Assembly (NCBI RefSeq): GCF_000196555.1
Contig: NC_015067.1
Coordinates: 960,001 to 992,000 of the forward strand
DNA length: 32,000 bases
Direction: 5' to 3'
Origin: Bifidobacterium longum subsp. longum JCM 1217
GTDB lineage: Bacteria > Actinomycetota > Actinomycetes > Actinomycetales > Bifidobacteriaceae
The notes below the pieces were generated by a model, which was not told the origin of the DNA, did no database searches, and was given only the letters and a program-made list of their open reading frames with translations. Shown one piece after another: positions 16,009 to 24,625 of the stretch (position 1 is its first letter; every line of letters starts with the position of its first letter). The translations under genes were made by a program, and so were the position numbers.

Positions 16009-17055
16009 ATGGCGAGAAGTGCGGGCCGCACCCGGCCGGTGATCAAGGACGTGGCCAAACTGGCCGGAGTCTCGGCACCGACCGTCTCCCGGTATCTCAA
16101 CGGCACCGTCAACGTCACCGAAGACAAGCGTGAACGCATCGCCAAGGCCATCAAGGAGCTGGGCTACGAGCCGAGCATTGTGGCGCGCGCTCTGTCGAAC
16201 CGGGAGATGGACTCCGTGGTGGTGTTCGCGGCCAATCCTTCCGCCTTCTCCACGTCCGAAACGAACCATGGGGTGGAGGCCGCCGCCCGTAAACGTCGGT
16301 TCCTGCTCAATATTGTTTCTTTGGACGAGTCCGACATGGACTCCGTCAAGGCTCGCGTGCGCATGGGTTTGTCGATCAGGCCGGCGGGCGTGATCGTCTA
16401 CGAGTACGACCGGGCCGGCATCGCCGCACTGGAATACATTCCCAAAGATATGCCGATGGTCGTGGTGGGTGGCAGCCTCGGCGACGGTGAATACCAGGTC
16501 ATCAACGCCGAAAGGGATGGCGGCCGTTGGATGACCATGCATCTGCTGGATCTCGGCCATCGCACCGTGTTCCATGTGGGGCGTCCGGAAGGTCCGACCG
16601 ATAACACCCGCACCAATGGGTGGCGTGACGCGCTCAAGGAGCGCGGCGTCACGGCACCTGACCCAATCATCGTGCCCGACGATGATTTGGAGGAGTCGGT
16701 CAAGGCTGGACGCACCTTGGGCCGTCGTGGTGATGTGACTGCGATTTTCGCCGGCAACGACGAGACTGCCATCGCTGTGATCCGGGGTCTAAGGGAGGTT
16801 GGTCGCCGCGTGCCTGCTGACGTGAGCGTCGTAGGCTTTGACGACCGCAACTTCGGTGCCATGTGGAATCCGGCGCTGACCAGTTACACCCAGAACTTCC
16901 TGGACATGGGGGAGCGGTCCTTCCGAATGCTGTTCGAACAGATCCAGGCCAAGCGCGCCGGCGATGACGCGCCGCCCTCGCAGGTCGAGGTGGTGCAAGG
17001 CAAGCCGTGTCTGCGAGCCTCCGAACGCGCGTACGGCGACGGTGAAATCGCGTAG
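16009..17055 (+). CDS. LacI-family transcriptional regulator
   Basis: 348 aa. HTH IKDVAKLAGVSAPTVSRYLNG and the C-terminal effector-domain hallmark VSVVGFDD. SD GGGGAGACAAGG before the ATG. Confidence 0.9.
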   Translation: MARSAGRTRPVIKDVAKLAGVSAPTVSRYLNGTVNVTEDKRERIAKAIKELGYEPSIVARALSNREMDSVVVFAANPSAFSTSETNHGVEAAARKRRFLLNIVSLDESDMDSVKARVRMGLSIRPAGVIVYEYDRAGIAALEYIPKDMPMVVVGGSLGDGEYQVINAERDGGRWMTMHLLDLGHRTVFHVGRPEGPTDNTRTNGWRDALKERGVTAPDPIIVPDDDLEESVKAGRTLGRRGDVTAIFAGNDETAIAVIRGLREVGRRVPADVSVVGFDDRNFGAMWNPALTSYTQNFLDMGERSFRMLFEQIQAKRAGDDAPPSQVEVVQGKPCLRASERAYGDGEIA

Positions 17056-17130
17056 TCGATGGGGCGTGCGTATCAATCATAGTGACTGTAGCGCATCCAT
17101 ATCGTGGTGAGGAGTCTCTCATGCCGAACT

Positions 17131-17142
17131 GTAAGCGCTTAC
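17131..17142. promoter_or_regulatory. LacI/cre-type operator candidate
   Basis: Perfect 12-bp CG-centred palindrome GTAAGCGCTTAC in an AT-rich gap. A degenerate second copy, GTAACCGCTTTC, lies at 17286-17297. Confidence 0.45.
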
Positions 17143-17317
17143 CTTAAGTAGTTTGTAATATGGTTTACGTCATACTAATAGATATTCTAAATCATAGTGT
17201 TTTGCAAGGGCTTTTGCGGAAAATGGCTATTTATCAACAGTTTTCGAAAAGTCCGCATGACGGGCGACTGTGAGCACGCTTTATGGTAACCGCTTTCTGT
17301 AGCATTATCGTTAGAGT

Positions 17318-17506
17318 ATGACTTTTGAACAATCGGCAACTCTGAAGACTCAGCCCCAGACCTCGGGCACTATCTCAGCGGCAGACGCCGTGATGCAATC
17401 GGCCCGCGACGAACGCATCCCCGGCAAACTCATCTGTACGATCATGGCCGTGGTCATTGTTATCGTGTTCGTCGCCATGCTCCACGCCCTACGTAACCGG
17501 AAGTAG
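17318..17506 (+). CDS. Possible small membrane protein (62 aa)
   Basis: ORF with a single C-terminal hydrophobic segment (LICTIMAVVIVIVFVAMLHAL) and a weak SD. Coding status is uncertain. Confidence 0.35.
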   Translation: MTFEQSATLKTQPQTSGTISAADAVMQSARDERIPGKLICTIMAVVIVIVFVAMLHALRNRK

Positions 17507-17562
17507 GTTGTAGGCGGGATTGGTCTGACTGGTATCCGCCACAGCCGGGTTCGGTAGAGCGG

Positions 17563-17991
17563 CTACCAATCGGCCAGTGTCTCTATGGCATCGAATCCTG
17601 TTCTGCGATGTTGTTCGTCAAGGTTGTTCCAGTAAGGTGATTCATCGGTGAGCATGTCGTACGGGAGCTTGATACGTCTGCGATCCGTGTGGCTATGTAG
17701 TCGCCGAGTTTCGGCATCAGGGTCGGTGATGAGGGATGCGAGCATTGCGGCATCGTACAGATGTCTATCTCCATATCCGGCATGGTCTGCTTGGTATGCG
17801 GCGCTCTTAAGAATCAACGCGCCAAGCAGATCCGCGTCGGTAGCGGGACGCACGTCGAGACCGCCCATGATGGCGTGCAACTGCACCATGAGACCGCCGG
17901 TGAGCAGTCATGATTCGGCAATGCGCTCGGCCACCATGTATACGATATTCCACGGATGAGCGCCGCTGGGGATTGCAATGCGGGAAATCAT
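17563..17991 (-). pseudogene. Decayed gene, possibly nucleotidyltransferase-like; in-frame TGA plus an upstream frameshift
   Basis: ATG 17989-17991 (AAGGAA SD) opens a frame that runs to the stop at 17563-17565 but is interrupted by TGA at 17908-17910. A coding-like signal continues upstream (to ~18230) in another frame (IWPNPTTRENDAQGLETLTELITAYNKEM). Confidence 0.4.
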
Positions 17992-18346
17992 TGCTCATTT
18001 CCTTGTTGTATGCCGTGATGAGTTCTGTAAGGGTTTCGAGCCCCTGCGCGTCGTTCTCTCGGGTCGTTGGATTCGGCCAGATCAGCGGCGCATACGCCGA
18101 TGGGCATGGGCCCCTGCCCGGCGGGCAGAAAATCAGCGAGATGCCGTGATTCGGCGGGAGGACCTGTACTGGCCCAGCCCTTCTGTTCGGTAGTGGTACC
18201 GCTACACCGACTCTCCCCGACACTCCAGTGCCGCCGATATCAGTGAATGCCCAGCCTGATGTCGGTAGAGTAAAGGCTATTGGCTTGGTCTCGACGGCGA
18301 GACTTCTCCAATGGCCAATATGCACTGTTGCAAAGGAGCATGCGGT

Positions 18347-19372
18347 ATGCAACCAATCAAAGCCATTCAATACGGCTGCGGCAAAATGGCGAAGTACACG
18401 ATTCGCTATATGCACGAGAAAGGCATTCAAATCGTCGGTGCCATCGACGTGAACCCGGAAGTCGTGGGCATGGATGCCGGTGTGTTTGCAGGCATCGGCC
18501 CCATCAATGTGCCGATTCGCGCCGATGCCGAGGCTGTACTCAACGAGTGCGACGCGGATATCGCGGTAGTCACGCTATTCAGCTTCGAGAACGAAATCGC
18601 CACCATGTGCGAGCAGTGCTTGGCCCGCGGCATCAGCGTGATCACCACCTGCGAGGAATGCATCTACCCGTGGACCACCGATCCGGCCACCACGAACCGT
18701 CTCGACATCATCGCCAAGGAAGCCGGTGCCACCATGGTCGGCTCCGGCATGCAGGACATCTACTGGGTGAACATGGTCTCCACCGTCGCCGCCGGATGCC
18801 ACAGCATCAAGAAGATCACCGGTGCGGTGAGCTACAACGTCGAGGAATACGGCCTGGCTTTGGCCAAAGCGCACGGTTGCGGTCTGACCGCCGAGGAGTT
18901 CGAGGCCGAGCTTGCGCATCCCGAAACCGTGGTGCCCTCGTATGTATGGAATTCCAATGAAGCGCTGGCCCAGAAGCTTGGGCTTACCATCGCATCGCAG
19001 ACCCAGGCCAGTGTGCCGTATTTCAGCGATGTCGACGTGTATTCCGAAACGATGGGCGAGATGATTCCGGTCGGCAAATGCATCGGCATGTCCGCCGTGG
19101 TAACCACCGAAACTAATCAGGGCATCACGTTGGAAACTGCCTGTATCGGCAAGGTGTACGGGCCGGATGATGGCGATATGTGCGATTGGAAGATCGAGGG
19201 TGAACCGGACGTGGAGTTCCACGTGGTCAAGCCGGCGACCGTCGAACATACGTGCGCCACAATCGTCAACCGCATTCCGGACGTGCTCAACGCGCCAGCC
19301 GGATATGTGACGGTCGATCAGCTCGATGAGATTTCGTATCTTACGTATCCCGCCGCGCTGTACGTGGCATAG
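18347..19372 (+). CDS. DapB-like / NAD(P)-dependent amine dehydrogenase-family oxidoreductase
   Basis: 341 aa from ATG 18347 (AAAGGAG 8 nt upstream). N-terminal Rossmann-type IQYGCGKMA...VGAIDV, with length and layout like dihydrodipicolinate-reductase-fold dehydrogenases. The exact function cannot be determined from sequence alone. Confidence 0.8.
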   Translation: MQPIKAIQYGCGKMAKYTIRYMHEKGIQIVGAIDVNPEVVGMDAGVFAGIGPINVPIRADAEAVLNECDADIAVVTLFSFENEIATMCEQCLARGISVITTCEECIYPWTTDPATTNRLDIIAKEAGATMVGSGMQDIYWVNMVSTVAAGCHSIKKITGAVSYNVEEYGLALAKAHGCGLTAEEFEAELAHPETVVPSYVWNSNEALAQKLGLTIASQTQASVPYFSDVDVYSETMGEMIPVGKCIGMSAVVTTETNQGITLETACIGKVYGPDDGDMCDWKIEGEPDVEFHVVKPATVEHTCATIVNRIPDVLNAPAGYVTVDQLDEISYLTYPAALYVA

Positions 19373-19424
19373 CCTTCATATTTTCAAGGATGAAGGCCGG
19401 CACTCATAAGGGTGCCGGCCGGTA

Positions 19425-19709
19425 TCAGGCGGCCAGAGTCGACGTGCGTGGCATCACCTGGAACTGGATATGGTCATGGGTGATGTCATCGGGCCGTTCA
19501 TGCCGTAGGTTCGACTCGTTCAGCGTCACCATGCGATCGATAACCGTACGAGCCATTGCGGGGACGTCCATCGCCACAGTGCTGATGGGTGGGTTGGTGC
19601 AGGCGGAGAAGGGGATACCGTCGAATCCCATGAGCCGTACGTCGTCGGGCGCGTGGATGCCATGTTCGGTGAGTTCGCGGAGCGCGCCGATCGCTATGGT
19701 GTCAGACAT
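19425..19709 (-). pseudogene. C-terminal remnant of a LacI-family regulator
   Basis: The 94-aa ORF matches only the last part of LacI effector domains (DTIAIGALRELTEHGIHAPDDVRLMGFDGIPFSACTNPPISTVAMD). There is no HTH or N-subdomain. A repeat unit (19724-19769) sits directly upstream. Confidence 0.65.
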
Positions 19710-19723
19710 GCACAGTTCTCATG

Positions 19724-19769
19724 TTCCCGCTGGCGGGAGCTGTCATGCGAAGCATGACTGAGGGTGGTC
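19724..19769. repeat. Single GC-rich structured repeat unit
   Basis: TTCCCGCTGGCGGGAGCTGTCATGCGAAGCATGACTGAGGGTGGTC closely matches the reverse complement of 11745-11791. Confidence 0.7.
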
Positions 19770-19809
19770 CACAGCCGCCAATCCGTAACATCACCCAACG
19801 CAGCATTTC

Positions 19810-19879
19810 ACGATACGGACGTTTCCGTATCGTATTTTCGTGTGGTCAAATAGACATTTCGAGCGAAAAAGTTCGAAAT
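19810..19879. promoter_or_regulatory. Two inverted repeats in the AT-rich gltB upstream region
   Basis: ACGATACGGA (19810-19819) / TCCGTATCGT (19824-19833) is a perfect 10-bp pair with a 4-nt spacer. ATTTCGA (19856-19862) / TCGAAAT (19873-19879) has a 10-nt spacer. Confidence 0.3.
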
Positions 19880-20052
19880 ACCCCCATAACTGGCCATAAA
19901 AAAATTGCTTGAGAATCACTATTGACTTTTATGGCGACTCGGTATATGGACACATGAAACGTAAATGACATGGAGCGACGGTACTGTGTCAACAGCAATG
20001 AACGAAGAGGCATGATTTTCTTACGTGCCCACAACCAATTGAGGTGATTTCG

Positions 20053-23000
20053 GTGACATTCAAAGCCCCGCTCGATCTCACGGTCCACGCTCCGGACGGT
20101 ATGTATGATCCCGCCAACGAGCATGACGCCTGTGGTGTGGGTATGGTCACCACTTTGAACAAGCGTCCTGAGCGCAAGATCGTCACCGACGCCATTGAGG
20201 TGCTGGTCAACCTTGATCACCGTGGTGCCGTGGGTGCCGAGGAGAACACAGGTGACGGCGCCGGCATTCTGATGAGCATGCCGGATGAGTTCATGCGTGC
20301 CACCGTGCCCGCCGAACTGCCGGAAGCCGGTCACTATGCGGCAGGCATCGCCTTCCTTGACCGCGACATCGAAACCTCCGGTCAGCAGGAACAGGCCATT
20401 GCCAAGATCGTGCGCGAGGAGGGACTCGAAGTCCTCGCATGGCGCGTGGTGCCCACCAACCCGGACGGCCTTGGCCTGCAGGCCCTTGCCGCCATGCCAG
20501 GATTCAAGACTCTCGTGGTCGCCTCTCCGGACGGTGCTCTGGCCGGCGTGGACTTGGATCGCAAGACCTTCCGCATCCGCAAGCGCGTCGAGCATGAGGT
20601 GGGCGTCTACTTCGCATCCCTGTCCGCCCGTACCATCACGTACAAGGGCATGCTCACCACCATGCAGCTCACCCACTTCTTCGAGGATCTGAACGACGAG
20701 CGCATGAAGGCCACCATCGCCATCGTCCACTCCCGCTTCTCCACCAACACCTTCCCGAGCTGGCCGCTGGCCCAGCCGTTCCGTCTGCTGGCCCACAATG
20801 GCGAGATCAACACCATCCAGGGCAACCGCAACTGGCTCTCCGCCCGTGAAGGCCGCCTGAGCAGCGAACTGCTCGGTGAATTCGAGCCGCTGCTGCCGAT
20901 CACCACCCCGGGCTACTCCGATTCCGGCACCTTCGACGAGTGCCTCGAACTGCTGCACCTCGCCGGCCGCTCCCTGCCGCACGCCATCTGCATGATGCTG
21001 CCGCCGGCTTGGGAGAAGAACCCGGATCTCGATCCGGACGTGCGCGCCTTCTACGAGTACAACAACACGCTTATCGAGCCGTGGGATGGCCCGGCCGACA
21101 TCGTCTTCACCGACGGCACCCAGGTCGGCGCCCTGCTCGACCGCAACGGCTTCCGTCCCGGCCGCTGGCAGCTCACCGATGACGGCTACATCGTTCTGGC
21201 CTCCGAGGCCGGCGTTCTGCCGGAGATCGCGCAGGAACACATCGTGTCCAAGGGCCGTCTTGAGCCCGGCGAGATGTTCCTGGTCGACACCGCCGAAGGC
21301 CGCATCATTCCCGATGAAGAGGTCAAGAGGAACCTCGCTGCCCAGCACCCGTACCGCAAGTGGGTGGAAGGCAACTCCGTTGAAATGAGCGACCTGCCCC
21401 GCCGCGAGCACGTCAGCCACTCCGGCCAGTCCGTCCAGCGCCGTCAGCGCGCCTTCGGCTACACCGAAGAGGATCTGAAGCTCCTGCTCACGCCGATGGC
21501 CAACACCGGCAAGGAACCGCTCGGTTCCATGGGTAACGATGCGCCTATGCCTGCGCTTTCCAGCCGCAGCCGCATGCTGTTCGACTACTTCACCCAGAAG
21601 TTCGCGCAGGTCACCAACCCGCCGCTGGACTGGGAGCGTGAGGAGATCGTCACCTCGCTCGAATCCGCCATCGGCCCCGAGCCGAACCTGCTGGCCGATT
21701 CCGAGCTGCACGCCAAGAAGATCCTCATCCCGCTGCCCGTGGTCAACTCTGATGAGATGGCCCAGCTCAAGCGCCTTGACAAGGCCCGCATCCTCGGCGG
21801 CTACTACCGCCCGTACGTGGTCAAGGGCCTCTACCAGGTCGCCGGCGGCGGCAAGGCCCTCGAAGAGCGACTTGACGAGATCTTCGCCGAAATCGACGAG
21901 GCCATCGCCAACGGCAAGAACTTCATCGTGCTCTCCGACCGTGAGTCCAACCATACGTGGGGTCCGATCCCGTCCCTGCTGCTGACTTCCGCCGTGCAGC
22001 ACCACCTGCTGCGCCGCCACACCCGTACACAGATTTCCATGGCCGTCGAGGCCGGTGACGTGCGCGAGATTCACCATGTCGCGCTCCTCATCGCCTATGG
22101 CGCCGCCTGCGTGAACCCGTACTTGGCATTCGAATCCGTGGAAGATCTGGCCCGTAACGGCTACCTCAAGGTCGACGCGGACACCGCTGTGAAGAACCTC
22201 ACCAAGGCCCTCTCCACCGGCGTGCTCAAGATCATGTCCAAGATGGGCGTCTCCACCATCATGAGCTACCGTGGCGCGCAGCTGTTCGAGGCTGTGGGCC
22301 TGAGCCAAGAAGTCATCGACGAATACTTCACCGGCACCACCTCCCGTGTGGGCGGCGTGGGCCTTGAAGAAATCGCCGAAGAAGTGGCCATCCGCCACCG
22401 CGTGGCCTACCCGAACCAGTGGAGCGCGTCCCCGCACCGCAACCTGCGCACCGGCGGCGACTACAAGTGGCGTCGCACCGGCGAGGACCACCTCAACGAT
22501 CCCGAGGCCATCTTCCTGCTTCAGCAGTCCACCCAGCGTGGCGACTACCAGATGTTCAAGAAGTATTCGCACCACATCAACGACACGTCGAACCGACTCA
22601 TGACCCTGCGTGGCCTGATGAAGTTCAACACCAACCGCAAGCCCATCGACATCGCCGAAGTCGAGCCGGCCTCCGAGATCGTCAAGCGCTTCTCCACCGG
22701 TGCCATGAGCTACGGCTCCATCTCGCAGGAAGCACACGAGACGCTCGCCATCGCCATGAACTCGATTGGCGCACGCTCCAACTCCGGTGAGGGCGGCGAA
22801 TCCGACGACCGTATCAATGATCCGCAGCGCTACAGCCGCATCAAGCAGATCGCGTCCGCCCGCTTCGGCGTGACCTCCGATTACCTCGTGCACGCCACCG
22901 ACCTGCAGATCAAGCTCGCCCAGGGGGCCAAGCCTGGTGAGGGTGGCCATTTGCCCGGTGCCAAGGTCCCGCCGTGGATCGCCAAGGTCCGTCACGCCAC

Positions 23001-24624
23001 CCCGGGCGTGGAGCTTATCTCCCCGCCGCCGCACCACGACATCTACTCCATCGAGGATCTGAAGCAGCTGATCAACGATGCGAAGATGGCCAACCCGAAG
23101 GCACGTATCCACGTCAAGCTCGTTTCCGAGTTCGGCGTCGGCACCATCGCCGCAGGTGTGGCCAAGTGCCATGCCGACGTGGTGCTTATCTCCGGCTATG
23201 ACGGCGGTACGGGTGCAGCCCCGCTCAACGCCATCAAGCACGCCGGCACCCCGTGGGAGATCGGCCTGTCCGAAACCCAGCAGACGCTGATCCTGAACGG
23301 CCTGCGCTCCCGCATCGTCGTCCAGTGCGACGGCGAGCTCAAGACCGGTCGTGACGTGGTCATCGCCGCTCTGCTTGGTGCCGAGGAATTCGGCTTCGCT
23401 ACCGCAGCCCTGATCGTGGAAGGCTGCGTCATGATGCGCGCCTGCCAGAAGAACACCTGCCCGCAGGGCATTGCCACCCAGGATCCTGAGCTGCGCGCCC
23501 GCTTTAAGGGCAAGCCCGAGTACGTGGTCAACTTCTTCATGTTCATCGCTGAGGAGGTGCGCGAGATCCTCGCCCAGCTCGGCTTCAGGACTCTTGAGGA
23601 GGCCATCGGCCACGTTGAGTGCTTGGATCAGGACGAGGCCATCAAGCGCTGGAAGTCCAGCGGCATCGACCTGTCCAACGTGCTCAAGCAGGCCGGCCCG
23701 GTACCCGGCACGATCCTGCACCAGACCATCGAGCAGAACCACGAGCTGGAGAAGGCGCTGGACAACAAGCTCATCGAACTTGCCCAGCCGGCCCTCGAAC
23801 ACAAGGAACCCGTGCGCATCGAAATGCCGATTCGCAACGTCAACCGTACGGTCGGCACCATGGTCGGCTACGAGATCACCCGCCGTTACGGCGAGGAAGG
23901 TCTGCCGGACGACACCATCGACATGACCCTGCACGGTTCCGGAGGCCAGTCCATCGGTGCGTTCATCCCGCGCGGCGAGACCATGCGCATCTACGGCGAA
24001 GTCAACGACTACGCCGGCAAGGGCCTGTCCGGCGGTCGCATGATCGTGCGCCCGGAAGATAGCGTCACCTTCGACAAGCACAGCAACGTCATCGCCGGCA
24101 ACGTCACCGGTTTCGGCGCCACTTCCGGCCAGATGTTCGTGGCCGGACGCGCCGGCGAACGTTTCGGCGTTCGTAACGGCGGTGCTACGTTTGTGGTCGA
24201 AGGCGTGGGCGACCACGGCTGCGAGTACATGACCGGCGGCACTGTTGTGGTGCTCGGCCCCACCGGACGCAATTTCGGTGCAGGCTTCTCCGGTGGTAAC
24301 ACTTATGTGCTTGACCTCGATATGAAGAAGGTCAACCCGGGTGCCATCAAGTCCGGTGCACTGCTCTTCAAGTCGCTTGATGCCGAAACCTCCAAGCTGG
24401 TGTACGCACTGGTCAAGCAGCATGCTGAAGAGACCGGTTCGCAGTTCGCTGCGGCTTTGCTGGAGGACTGGAACGAGACCGTCAAGCGGTTCACTCACGT
24501 GGTGCCGAAGCAGTTCGTGGCCATGACGAAGGCCATGGAAGAGGCCAAGGCCAACAATGTAGATTTCAATGCGCCCGGCGCCTGGGAAAAGGTGTACGAG
24601 CAGGTTATGGAAGGAGCGCGCTGA
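20053..24624 (+). CDS. gltB: Glutamate synthase large subunit
   Basis: The ORF opens at GTG 20044. GTG 20053 is preferred because GAGGTGA lies 5 nt upstream (ATG 20101 is also possible). It has an N-terminal amidotransferase Cys (EHDACGVGMV), a central FMN domain, and a C-terminal GXGXG-type domain (GFGATSGQMFVAGRAGERFG). Confidence 0.95.
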   Translation: MTFKAPLDLTVHAPDGMYDPANEHDACGVGMVTTLNKRPERKIVTDAIEVLVNLDHRGAVGAEENTGDGAGILMSMPDEFMRATVPAELPEAGHYAAGIAFLDRDIETSGQQEQAIAKIVREEGLEVLAWRVVPTNPDGLGLQALAAMPGFKTLVVASPDGALAGVDLDRKTFRIRKRVEHEVGVYFASLSARTITYKGMLTTMQLTHFFEDLNDERMKATIAIVHSRFSTNTFPSWPLAQPFRLLAHNGEINTIQGNRNWLSAREGRLSSELLGEFEPLLPITTPGYSDSGTFDECLELLHLAGRSLPHAICMMLPPAWEKNPDLDPDVRAFYEYNNTLIEPWDGPADIVFTDGTQVGALLDRNGFRPGRWQLTDDGYIVLASEAGVLPEIAQEHIVSKGRLEPGEMFLVDTAEGRIIPDEEVKRNLAAQHPYRKWVEGNSVEMSDLPRREHVSHSGQSVQRRQRAFGYTEEDLKLLLTPMANTGKEPLGSMGNDAPMPALSSRSRMLFDYFTQKFAQVTNPPLDWEREEIVTSLESAIGPEPNLLADSELHAKKILIPLPVVNSDEMAQLKRLDKARILGGYYRPYVVKGLYQVAGGGKALEERLDEIFAEIDEAIANGKNFIVLSDRESNHTWGPIPSLLLTSAVQHHLLRRHTRTQISMAVEAGDVREIHHVALLIAYGAACVNPYLAFESVEDLARNGYLKVDADTAVKNLTKALSTGVLKIMSKMGVSTIMSYRGAQLFEAVGLSQEVIDEYFTGTTSRVGGVGLEEIAEEVAIRHRVAYPNQWSASPHRNLRTGGDYKWRRTGEDHLNDPEAIFLLQQSTQRGDYQMFKKYSHHINDTSNRLMTLRGLMKFNTNRKPIDIAEVEPASEIVKRFSTGAMSYGSISQEAHETLAIAMNSIGARSNSGEGGESDDRINDPQRYSRIKQIASARFGVTSDYLVHATDLQIKLAQGAKPGEGGHLPGAKVPPWIAKVRHATPGVELISPPPHHDIYSIEDLKQLINDAKMANPKARIHVKLVSEFGVGTIAAGVAKCHADVVLISGYDGGTGAAPLNAIKHAGTPWEIGLSETQQTLILNGLRSRIVVQCDGELKTGRDVVIAALLGAEEFGFATAALIVEGCVMMRACQKNTCPQGIATQDPELRARFKGKPEYVVNFFMFIAEEVREILAQLGFRTLEEAIGHVECLDQDEAIKRWKSSGIDLSNVLKQAGPVPGTILHQTIEQNHELEKALDNKLIELAQPALEHKEPVRIEMPIRNVNRTVGTMVGYEITRRYGEEGLPDDTIDMTLHGSGGQSIGAFIPRGETMRIYGEVNDYAGKGLSGGRMIVRPEDSVTFDKHSNVIAGNVTGFGATSGQMFVAGRAGERFGVRNGGATFVVEGVGDHGCEYMTGGTVVVLGPTGRNFGAGFSGGNTYVLDLDMKKVNPGAIKSGALLFKSLDAETSKLVYALVKQHAEETGSQFAAALLEDWNETVKRFTHVVPKQFVAMTKAMEEAKANNVDFNAPGAWEKVYEQVMEGAR

Positions 24625-24625
24625 C

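Noticed and set aside
17908-17910. In-frame TGA as selenocysteine or programmed read-through
   Set aside because: No SECIS-like hairpin follows, and no selenoprotein context exists. The gene also needs a frameshift upstream, so ordinary pseudogenisation is the simpler reading.
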